A stretch of 63,761 nucleotides of DNA, the filler included. It is 4 parts of 4 records of this genome, joined end to end, with 100 filler letters (N's around TTAATTAATTAA, not from the genome) between each part and the next. Parts side by side here need not be neighbours in the genome. Positions count along the whole stretch, not along the records: positions 1 to 16,821 come from SRR20825006_1725; positions 16,922 to 28,845 come from SRR20825006_1726; 2 more parts are not named here. One strand, given 5' to 3'. The notes beneath the pieces are model-generated. The model did not search any database and was not told the DNA's origin. It saw only the letters and a list, made by a program, of their open reading frames with translations. Positions within the stretch are counted from its first letter, which is position 1, and the number at the start of each line of letters is the position of its first letter. Shown here piece after piece: positions 10,520-18,636 of the stretch. A program made the position numbers and the translations under genes.

Positions 10520-11317
10520 TTAAAAGCCACGTTGTCTTTTGGCTTCAAATATAACAATAGCTGCAGCTACAGAAACATTCATGGAATCTATTTCTCCTTG
10601 CATGGGAATAATTATATTTTGAGTAGAGGCTTCAAGCCATTCTCCGCTCAATCCAGTAGCTTCAGTTCCTACAACAATGGCTGCTGCTTGCTTATAATTT
10701 ACTTTGCTATAATTTATGGAAGCCGTTAAGGCAGCGCAATTAATAGAAATATTTTTATTTTTTAGAAAAGAAATAATTTCTGAAGTGCTCCCAGTAGCAA
10801 TATTATTTGTAAAAATACAACCAACGCTAGAACGTAAAATATTGGGATTATATATGTCGCTTTTAGGATTTGCAATAACTACAGCATCCAAATTGGCAGC
10901 ATCTGCTGTACGTAGCAAAGCACCAATATTCCCAGGTTTTTCAGGTGCTTCGGCAACCAAAATCAACGGATTTTCATTTTTAAATTGAAGGTTAGAGAGG
11001 TTATGCGTTTTTGCTTTTGCAATTGCCAGAATACCTTCGGTGGTTTGTCTGTATGCTAATTTCTGATAAACTTCTTTTGAAATTTTAATTAATTCTACAT
11101 TCGGATGTTTTTGAAGTATTAATTTTACCGCTTCTTCCGAAATAATGGATTCATTAAAAAGAACTGTTTCTAGATGGTATGCACCCTTTAAGGCTAGCTC
11201 GGTTTCTCGGATACCTTCAACAATAAATAAACCCGATTTTTTACGCTCTTTGGATTTTTCCTTTAAGTGTAAAATTTGCTTTACCAAACTATTTTGTGTG
11301 CTTGTAATCTCTTTCAA
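10520..11317 (-). CDS. TrmH/SpoU family RNA 2'-O-methyltransferase
   Basis: EKPGNIGALLRTADA, VGTEATGL and IPMQGEIDSMNVS SPOUT motifs. Confidence 0.93.
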   Translation of the reverse strand: MKEITSTQNSLVKQILHLKEKSKERKKSGLFIVEGIRETELALKGAYHLETVLFNESIISEEAVKLILQKHPNVELIKISKEVYQKLAYRQTTEGILAIAKAKTHNLSNLQFKNENPLILVAEAPEKPGNIGALLRTADAANLDAVVIANPKSDIYNPNILRSSVGCIFTNNIATGSTSEIISFLKNKNISINCAALTASINYSKVNYKQAAAIVVGTEATGLSGEWLEASTQNIIIPMQGEIDSMNVSVAAAIVIFEAKRQRGF

Positions 11318-11541
11318 CAGTATTTTTTTTCAAAAATACTTTAAATCTGTGGTTTTTCAAGATGTGAAATCAAGGAAAACGATTTTTTGTAATACTACAA
11401 GGGTTTATTAAAGTTTATTTTCTGTTATTAAAATGATAATTTGGCAACTTGAATAGGTAGTTTTTTACATATTGATAATTTTTTATGCTTTTATTTTTAA
11501 TATCATTTTTATACAGTTAATTAATGTTAAATAAACATATG

Positions 11542-11565
11542 TTGATAGTAATACTATTAATTTTG
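11542..11565 (+). promoter_or_regulatory. Candidate TetR operator overlapping a -7 promoter element
   Basis: Palindrome ATAGTA-A-TACTAT (11545-11557, extendable to 11542-11560) abutting TAATTTTG (11558-11565). Confidence 0.55.
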
Positions 11566-11596
11566 AATGCTGTAATATCAATAAAAAATAAAGGCT

Positions 11597-12268
11597 ATGA
11601 AGTTGCCTGGTAACCTGAGGTTTACGATAAATGAGAAGCTATTTTTAAAAGACCCTGAGTCGTCTGACTTAGGGAGAAAGATTCTGAAGCACTCTATTTT
11701 AATGATAGATGAAATAGGATTTGATGCTTTCACTTTTAAGAAATTAGGAGAGTGTATAGGTTCTAATGAGAGTTCTATTTATCGGTATTTTGAAAACAAA
11801 CACAAGCTGTTGTTGTACTTATCATCTTGGTATTGGTCTTGGGTAGAATATAGAATGTTATTTGCTATTCAGAATATCAACGACTCTAAAGAAAAGCTTC
11901 ATAGAGTAGTCTATGAGGTTACTTGCGAGGTAAAAGACGATATAAGAACGGAATATATTGATGAAGCTGTTCTAAATAGAATTATTATTTCTGAGTATTC
12001 CAAAGCATTTTTAACTAAAGAGGTGGATACAGAAAATAGAGACGGTTTTTTCTTGGTCTATAAAAAAGTGATTTCACTGCTAGCAAACATTATTGCTGAA
12101 GTAAATCCCGAATATCCATACAGTAAGTCGTTGGCTTCAAGTGTTGTTGTTGGAGCTTTAAATCAGCATTTTATAAAACGACACTTTAAAAGTATTACCG
12201 ATTTTTCAGAACCAGATAAAAATGTAGCATCATTTTACATCCAAACACTTGATAAAATATTGTTATGA
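11597..12268 (+). CDS. TetR/AcrR family transcriptional regulator
   Basis: N-terminal HTH (GFDAFTFKKLGECIGSNESSIYRYFENK). Confidence 0.9.
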   Translation: MKLPGNLRFTINEKLFLKDPESSDLGRKILKHSILMIDEIGFDAFTFKKLGECIGSNESSIYRYFENKHKLLLYLSSWYWSWVEYRMLFAIQNINDSKEKLHRVVYEVTCEVKDDIRTEYIDEAVLNRIIISEYSKAFLTKEVDTENRDGFFLVYKKVISLLANIIAEVNPEYPYSKSLASSVVVGALNQHFIKRHFKSITDFSEPDKNVASFYIQTLDKILL

Positions 12269-13911
12269 CGCCATTTCAAAGATTTAGAGGCTTATTAAAA
12301 GTCGATAAAAAGGATATATATCAAATTATTCTTTATTCCATTCTAGCGGGAGTTATTAGTTTATCCCTTCCATTAGGGATTCAGTCTATTGTAAACTTTT
12401 TACAAGCCGGAAAAGTTAGTACTTCATGGGTAGTACTAGTTATTATTGTAGTATTGGGAGTAGCTATGGTAGGGGTTTTTAAGATTATGCAATATCGAAT
12501 TACGGAGAATCTTCAGCAAAAAATATTTGTACGTTCTTCTTTTGAGTTTGCTTTTCGGTTCCCAAAAATGAAATTCAGTAAGCTATATCCATACTTGCCC
12601 GAAGAGCTAGCAAACCGATTTTTTGATACCATTAATGTACAGAAAGGAGTGTCAAAGCTTTTATTAGATATGAGTGGTGCTGCCTTACAAGTTTTCTTCG
12701 GAATTATCTTATTATCGCTCTATCATTCCTTCTTTATTTTCTTCGGATTGATGCTTATTACGCTATTATATTTTATTTTCAAATTAAACTTTAACCCTGG
12801 GGTTGATACCAGTTTACAAGAATCGAATTTAAAATATAAAGTAGCACATTGGTTACAAGAAGTAGCACGTAATCATATGAGTTTTAAAAACAAGCGTGTT
12901 TTTAATTTTTCGTTGGATAAAAATGATGAGTTGGTAGGGGGATATTTAAAGTATAGAGAAAGTCATTTTGCCATTTTAAGAAGACAATTTATACAGCTAA
13001 CAGGATTTAAAGTATTAATGACAGCTGGTCTTTTAATTATTGGGGGGATATTGGTCCTTAATCAACAAATGAATATTGGACAGTTTGTAGCCGCAGAAAT
13101 TATCATCTTAAATATTACCAACGCAGTAGAAAAGCTTTTTTCTGGAACGGAATTGTTTTACGATGTGTTGGCATCCTTAGAAAAAATAGGGAAAGTGATG
13201 GACATAGAATTGGAGTCTGAAGAAAAAGGGCAGTATAAATTAGAGGAAACTCCAATTTCAATTGAAACTAAAGAATTGAGCTACAAGTTTCCAGATTCTG
13301 AACACTATGTGCTTAAAAATATAACCCTAAAAATAGATCCAAACGACCGTATTTTAATAGAAGGACCAAATGGCTCTGGAAAAACTACTTTGGTAAGAGT
13401 TTTAAGTAGAATTATAGAACCCACCGAAGGAATGGTGTATATAAATGGAACTAATTATAAAAAATACTCTTTAGAAGATTATAGGTTTAATATGAGTTCT
13501 ATTAGTGTAAATGATAATGTTTTTGAAGGGACAATTCTGGAAAATATTACGTGTAAAAATCCAGAAATATCACTTTCTAGAATATTAAAAGTTTTAGAAG
13601 AATTGAAACTCTCAGATTACATTAGGTCGCTTCCTAATGGATTGGATACACAAGTACATTCTGGAGGGAAACAATTATCGTCTTCTATAGTCGAGAAAAT
13701 ATTATTAGCACGTTGTGTACTTTCAAATCCGAGGATAATATTTTTAGAAGAACCACTAGAAAATGTAGATAAAGCTTCTTCCATAGACATTATAGATTAT
13801 ATGACCGCACCTGATAAAAACTGGACTTTAATAGTAATTTCCAAAAATCCATATTGGAAATCAAAATCTAATAAGAGTTTTTATATGGTAAATGGAACCT
13901 TAAAAAGTTAG
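12265..13911 (+). CDS. Type I secretion/PCAT-like ABC transporter (TMD+NBD, no C39 domain, degenerate NBD)
   Basis: Six TM segments, MNIGQFVA, Walker A GPNGSGKTT; signature LSSSI, Walker B IFLEEP. Confidence 0.88.
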   Translation: MTPFQRFRGLLKVDKKDIYQIILYSILAGVISLSLPLGIQSIVNFLQAGKVSTSWVVLVIIVVLGVAMVGVFKIMQYRITENLQQKIFVRSSFEFAFRFPKMKFSKLYPYLPEELANRFFDTINVQKGVSKLLLDMSGAALQVFFGIILLSLYHSFFIFFGLMLITLLYFIFKLNFNPGVDTSLQESNLKYKVAHWLQEVARNHMSFKNKRVFNFSLDKNDELVGGYLKYRESHFAILRRQFIQLTGFKVLMTAGLLIIGGILVLNQQMNIGQFVAAEIIILNITNAVEKLFSGTELFYDVLASLEKIGKVMDIELESEEKGQYKLEETPISIETKELSYKFPDSEHYVLKNITLKIDPNDRILIEGPNGSGKTTLVRVLSRIIEPTEGMVYINGTNYKKYSLEDYRFNMSSISVNDNVFEGTILENITCKNPEISLSRILKVLEELKLSDYIRSLPNGLDTQVHSGGKQLSSSIVEKILLARCVLSNPRIIFLEEPLENVDKASSIDIIDYMTAPDKNWTLIVISKNPYWKSKSNKSFYMVNGTLKS

Positions 13912-13914
13912 ACT

Positions 13915-15282
13915 ATGCTGAATATTTCAAATAATAGAATTCACAATTATGTAGATTCGAGTAGGTTTAAATCTATGACAATCTTTGCAGATAATAAGCA
14001 TTATAAAATTATTCGGAAAGTAGTATGGGGGGTGTTTATTGCCATGGTATTGGTGTTGTTTCTTCCGTGGACGCAAAATATTAAGGGAAGCGGATTTGTT
14101 ACTACGTTAAAACCAGGACAAAGGCCACAAGCTGTACATGCCATTATTGGTGGTAGAATAGAAGCTTGGTATGTACAAGAAGGAGATTTTGTTAAAAAAG
14201 GAGATACTATTTTACATATCTCTGAAACTAAATCGGAATATTTTGATCCAAATTTAGTTGAAAATACTGGAATTCAAGTAAAGGCAAAAGAGAGTGCTGT
14301 AGTGTCTTACACGGCAAAAGTAGAAGCTTTGGCACAACAGATTAATGCTATAAAACGAGAAAGACAACTTAAACTGAAGCAGGCTGGAAATAAATTGAAA
14401 CAAAGTAGACTGAAAGTTAAAAGTGATAGTATTGATTTGGAAGCTGTAAAAACTCAATTAAGTATTGCTGAAACACAGTATGAACGAGCTTTTAAACTAA
14501 ATGATGAAGGTTTGAAACCGATGACTTATGTGGAGGAGAAGAAAGTAAAGCTACAACAAATGCAAGCCAAAATAGTAACACAAGAAAATAAGTTACTAAC
14601 CAGTGAAAACGAATTAATTAATAGTGAAATGGAACTTACACGTTTGGAGGCTTCTTATGCTGAGAAATTAGCTAAGGCTGCGAGCGATCGACAGACGGCT
14701 CTAAGTACACAGTTTGATACCGAATCTCAGGTAAGTAAGTTGCGTTCTCAATATACGAGTTATCAAATTCGTAACGGGATGTATTATATTACTGCACCAC
14801 AGGCGGGTTACGTAAACCGCGCCTTACAATCGGGACTCGGAGAAACTATTAAAGAAGGAGCGTCTGTGGTAAGTATTATGCCTTCAGATTTTGAGATTGC
14901 CGTAGAGTCTTATGTAGAACCAATGGATTATCCGTTAATTAATACAGGCGAAAAAGTACGTATTTGGTTTGATGGTTGGCCAACAATTGTTTTTAGTGGT
15001 TGGCCTGGAGTGTCTTATGGAACTTTTGGTGGAGTTATTGTTGCTAAAGAAAACTTTATTAGTGCTAATGGAAAATATCGTGTTTTAATTGCACCCGATC
15101 CAGAAGAAAAAACATGGCCTAATTTATTGAGTATTGGTGCAGGTGCACAAACATTGGCGCTTTTAGATACCGTGCCAATTTGGTTTGAAATTTGGCGAAC
15201 ACTAAATGGATTCCCTCCTAATTTTTATAAGACGCAAAACAAAGTGGTAGATAAAGGTAATGCAGAAAAAAACGAAAAATAA
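13915..15282 (+). CDS. HlyD family periplasmic adaptor (membrane fusion protein)
   Basis: N-terminal TM, lipoyl half-motif VQEGDFVKKGD, long coiled coil, ITAPQAG. Confidence 0.9.
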   Translation: MLNISNNRIHNYVDSSRFKSMTIFADNKHYKIIRKVVWGVFIAMVLVLFLPWTQNIKGSGFVTTLKPGQRPQAVHAIIGGRIEAWYVQEGDFVKKGDTILHISETKSEYFDPNLVENTGIQVKAKESAVVSYTAKVEALAQQINAIKRERQLKLKQAGNKLKQSRLKVKSDSIDLEAVKTQLSIAETQYERAFKLNDEGLKPMTYVEEKKVKLQQMQAKIVTQENKLLTSENELINSEMELTRLEASYAEKLAKAASDRQTALSTQFDTESQVSKLRSQYTSYQIRNGMYYITAPQAGYVNRALQSGLGETIKEGASVVSIMPSDFEIAVESYVEPMDYPLINTGEKVRIWFDGWPTIVFSGWPGVSYGTFGGVIVAKENFISANGKYRVLIAPDPEEKTWPNLLSIGAGAQTLALLDTVPIWFEIWRTLNGFPPNFYKTQNKVVDKGNAEKNEK

Positions 15283-15288
15283 GCTTTT

Positions 15289-16704
15289 ATGAAGATCAGT
15301 AAGTTACATATCTATGTATTCTCCTTGTTCTTAATAGGGATGTTTTTTGGTGTGCAAAAAGGAAATGCTCAAGAAGAAACTTTTAATGAAACATTTACTT
15401 ATGAAGAGTTCTTGGGCGTTGTAAAAAAATACCATCCTTTGGTAAGACAAGCCGATTTAATTTTAACCACTTCAGAAGCAAAACTTTTAAAAGCCCGTGG
15501 TTATTTTGATCCAAAAGTAACGGCAGATTTTAATAAAAAACGTTATAAAGACACAGAGTATTATTCTTTATTTAATGGGAGTTTTAAAATCCCTACTTGG
15601 TATGGAGTAGAACTAAAGGCAGCTTTTGATAAAAATCAAGGAGATTATATCAATCCAGAAAATTATGTTCCAGAAGATGGTTTAGCAAGCTTTGGAATTT
15701 CGGTTCCTGTAGGACAAGGATTATGGATTAATAAAAGAATGGCTGAAGTTAAAAAAGGAAAACTCTATCAAGAATTAGGAGATTATGAACGTACATTGGC
15801 TGTAGTTGATGCCATAACGGAAGCATCTGCAGCTTATTTTGACTGGAAACAGCAATATGATAAAGCAAAACTGTATGAAACGTTTTATGAAAATGCTAAA
15901 GAGCGTCAGGAATGGATTGTTAAATCCATTGTATTAGGCGAACTTTCTCCAATTGATAGTGTAGAATCTGGAATTAATTTAAAAACTCGTAGGTTAGAGT
16001 GGGAGCAGGCAAATTTAAAACTCACAAAAAGTAGACTTTCTTTATCTAATTATATTTGGACAGAAGATGAAATTCCTCTTGAAGTTTCTGAACAAATGCA
16101 ACCAGAGGAAACTTTAAAAGATAATATCCTTTCTGTTTTGAATATCAATCCTGTTTCTGAAGAAGTAGATCTTGAAAATCATCCAAAATTAAAAGCCTTG
16201 AGTACAAAAATAGCCATGAAAGATGTGGATAGGAGACTAATGGCAAATAAACTTTTACCAAAGCTAAATGTAAATTATAATTACATAGCAACACCAGATT
16301 ATATAGACAACTATAATTGGGATGATTATAAAATTGGAGCTTCGCTTTCTTTTCCTATTCTATTGAGAAAAGAGAGAGCTGATGTGAAAATAGCAAAGGC
16401 AGAATTGAGTAATGCCCAATATGGATTGAAGTTTCAAATGCAAGAACTTCAGAATAAAGTAAAGGCTAAATTTGCGGAGCTAAATTCCTACCAAGAACAA
16501 ATACTAATGAATGCCGATTTAGTATCAGATTATCAGCAAATGCATAATGCTGAAGTCCGATTGTTTGAAATGGGAGAAAGTTCTATTTTTTATATCAATA
16601 CTCGAGAAAATAAATTGGTAAAAGCAAGGGTATCACAAATAGAATTAGAAAACGACTATTTTTTAATTGCTGCTGAATTGTATCGAACTTTAGCAATACT
16701 ATAG
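15289..16704 (+). CDS. TolC family outer membrane efflux protein
   Basis: Signal peptide, two OEP-like repeats (YHP..., NHPKL..., LLPKLNV), FEMGESS motif. Confidence 0.9.
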   Translation: MKISKLHIYVFSLFLIGMFFGVQKGNAQEETFNETFTYEEFLGVVKKYHPLVRQADLILTTSEAKLLKARGYFDPKVTADFNKKRYKDTEYYSLFNGSFKIPTWYGVELKAAFDKNQGDYINPENYVPEDGLASFGISVPVGQGLWINKRMAEVKKGKLYQELGDYERTLAVVDAITEASAAYFDWKQQYDKAKLYETFYENAKERQEWIVKSIVLGELSPIDSVESGINLKTRRLEWEQANLKLTKSRLSLSNYIWTEDEIPLEVSEQMQPEETLKDNILSVLNINPVSEEVDLENHPKLKALSTKIAMKDVDRRLMANKLLPKLNVNYNYIATPDYIDNYNWDDYKIGASLSFPILLRKERADVKIAKAELSNAQYGLKFQMQELQNKVKAKFAELNSYQEQILMNADLVSDYQQMHNAEVRLFEMGESSIFYINTRENKLVKARVSQIELENDYFLIAAELYRTLAIL

Positions 16705-16752
16705 ATTTTTGTTCTTATGCTTTTTTCGGATTTTTAGTTTTATTAAAGGCTT

Positions 16753-16813
16753 ATTGAAAGATTGAAAGATTCAAAGATTGAAAGATTGAAAAAGTCGGGA
16801 GTCGGGAGTCGGA
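16753..16813. repeat. Compound short tandem repeat: 5 x ATTGAAAG-like 8-mer followed by 3 x AGTCGGG-like 7-mer
   Basis: ATTGAAAG ATTGAAAG ATTCAAAG ATTGAAAG ATTGAAAA AGTCGGG AGTCGGG AGTCGGA. Confidence 0.9.
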
Positions 16814-16821
16814 ATTAAAAG

Positions 16822-16921
16822 NNNNNNNNNNNNNNNNNNNNNNNNNNNNNNNNNNNNNNNNNNNNTTAATTAATTAANNNNNNNNNNNNNNNNNNNNNNN
16901 NNNNNNNNNNNNNNNNNNNNN
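16822..16921. other. Artificial contig linker
   Basis: N44-TTAATTAATTAA-N44 (stops in all six frames); composition changes abruptly across it. Confidence 0.99.
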
Positions 16922-16922
16922 C

Positions 16923-17507
16923 GAAGTTCAGGGCGATGCCAACGATTATGTTGGTAAGGGTCTTTCGGGTGGGACGATTGTTCTGCGCCCGCGGCCTTCC
17001 AGCCCGCTTAAAACCAACGAAAACACCATCATCGGCAACACCATTCTGTATGGTGCGACCGCAGGTAAGCTGTTTGCGGCCGGTCAGGCTGGTGAACGCT
17101 TCTGTGTTCGTAACTCCGGTGCGATTGTTGTTGTTGAAGGCTGTGGTTCGAACGGTTGTGAATATATGACCGGCGGAACGGCCGTTATCCTTGGTGCGGT
17201 TGGTGAAAACTTTGGCGCAGGCATGACCGGCGGCATGGCGTTCATTTATGACGTCAACAATACCTTTGGCAATGTCGTCAATGACGGCTCCATCCTTTAC
17301 CAGCGCATTGAAACCCAGCATTGGGACGAACAGTGCCGTGCCCTTATCGAGGAGCATGTTGCCGAAACCGAAAGTGGTTTCGCACGGACCATCCTTGATA
17401 ACTGGGATCGCGAACGCGGCCACTTCTGGCAGATCGTGCCAAAAGAAATCGTCGACAAGCTGGAACACCCTATTCGCTCGATGAGCGAAGACCAGGCAAC
17501 TGCGTGA
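16923..17507 (+). CDS. gltB: Glutamate synthase large subunit, C-terminal GXGXG domain (5' truncated by contig edge)
   Basis: Frame from 16923 reads EVQGDANDYVGKGLSGG...GCEYMTGG...NFGAGMTGG. Confidence 0.95.
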   Translation, partial: EVQGDANDYVGKGLSGGTIVLRPRPSSPLKTNENTIIGNTILYGATAGKLFAAGQAGERFCVRNSGAIVVVEGCGSNGCEYMTGGTAVILGAVGENFGAGMTGGMAFIYDVNNTFGNVVNDGSILYQRIETQHWDEQCRALIEEHVAETESGFARTILDNWDRERGHFWQIVPKEIVDKLEHPIRSMSEDQATA

Positions 17508-17563
17508 TCTGATCACGCTTTTGCGCAAGCTCCCTTGTCCAACACACCTGGACAAATTAACTG

Positions 17564-17598
17564 GCCCCGTACTTCGGTACGGGGCACTTTGTCTTTGT
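17564..17598 (+). terminator. Intrinsic terminator after gltB
   Basis: GCCCCGTAC-TTCG-GTACGGGGC (UUCG tetraloop) followed by a T-rich tail. Confidence 0.7.
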
Positions 17599-17629
17599 AT
17601 CAGGTGCTTTGCGGAAAACGGGCGCTCAG

Positions 17630-17661
17630 AAGGCGGGTCCATTTGGCCCGCCTTTTTCTTT
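17630..17661 (+). terminator. Second terminator-like hairpin
   Basis: AAGGCGGG...CCCGCCTT followed by TTTCTTT. Confidence 0.6.
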
Positions 17662-17751
17662 GGAAATGGGCCCAGTTACAAAACACACTTGTCCGATCTG
17701 TTCACGCGGAGCAGATGTCAGACATATAGGCGTTGATGGCCGGGCTGATGC

Positions 17752-17976
17752 TTAGAGAAGAATGTTGAGATAGGTTCCGCGGCGCGCATTATGGTCGATC
17801 TGATCAGTCGCAATCAGATTGCGCAGGCGGGCAAGCTGGGCCGCAATGAAGCTTTCAGAAGATGGTAGTTCGATTACGGCCGCACCGCGCCCGCGCCCAA
17901 CAGGTATTTGTGGACGTGAACGTGCATCCTGAAGCCCGGTATGGGAGGAGCCTGTGCCAATTCTGTTGGTGGTCAT
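17752..17976 (-). CDS. Small hypothetical protein (74 aa) ending RRGTYLNILL
   Basis: ATG at 17976 preceded by GGATGG; C-terminal motif shared with the neighbouring ORF. Confidence 0.6.
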   Translation of the reverse strand: MTTNRIGTGSSHTGLQDARSRPQIPVGRGRGAAVIELPSSESFIAAQLARLRNLIATDQIDHNARRGTYLNILL

Positions 17977-18069
17977 TGTGCCATCCAAGTGTGAAACCGT
18001 TGGCAACCTTAGCACGCAATGGCGAACTTGTCATCGGGGGCGATTATGCCCGGCTTACAATCCAGACAG

Positions 18070-18097
18070 AAAAAAAAGGGTGGTCAATGACCACCCC
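18070..18097 (-). terminator. Terminator of the 18123-18347 ORF
   Basis: GGGTGGTCA-A-TGACCACCC hairpin with A8 on its left (U8 on the minus strand). Confidence 0.75.
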
Positions 18098-18122
18098 GGA
18101 GGAAGCTAACGAGAGGGAAAAA

Positions 18123-18347
18123 TCACGTTAGGATATTAACCTTGGTACCGCGCGAACCACTGGTTTCAAGCGGTTGATGTTCTGTAACGATTGAGCCGAT
18201 CACTTTTGCCAGACCCGTTGCTTTGTTGATCGCGCCTTCTGCGGCTGCGAATGGCAATGTCGGGCCCGCGCCACCATTGGGCGTGATTGCATCATTTACG
18301 GCCTGTGCCGCTGAACTAAGTCCTGAACCTTGAACTGAGCCGATCAT
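18123..18347 (-). CDS. Small hypothetical protein (74 aa) ending SRGTKVNILT
   Basis: ATG at 18347 preceded by a GAGG RBS; has its own terminator. Confidence 0.7.
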   Translation of the reverse strand: MIGSVQGSGLSSAAQAVNDAITPNGGAGPTLPFAAAEGAINKATGLAKVIGSIVTEHQPLETSGSRGTKVNILT

Positions 18348-18636
18348 CCTGACCTCGTAAACATATCGGGAGGGTTCGATACCCATCGCAGAGAACATCA
18401 AAAAATCTCTATGACGTCAGGGTATGGGGTAATTGTGCTGGAAAAAGTGATGGCTGTCACACCCGCCCATAGGGTGGGTTAACCAGGTCACCGTAACGGG
18501 TTGGTTCAGAAGCATTTAAAGCATAAGGAAAGGGTAATATTTTTTTAACCATTGCGCTACGACGCGCTCCATAACGGGTGGTTATGGTTGGGGACTCGGT
18601 GACACAGCGGGATGGGATCAGGTTTTGCGACAGGTA

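Noticed and set aside
16753-16813. CRISPR array
   Set aside because: 7-8-nt tandem units with no spacers and no cas genes
16866-16877. TTAATTAATTAA palindrome repeated three times in the window (also 28890, 50716)
   Set aside because: It is the six-frame-stop core of an artificial linker, not a biological repeat or att site
16866-17642. ORFs running into N-runs (also 28593-28901, 28898-29152, 50298-50723)
   Set aside because: Antisense or junk frames closed only by linker stops
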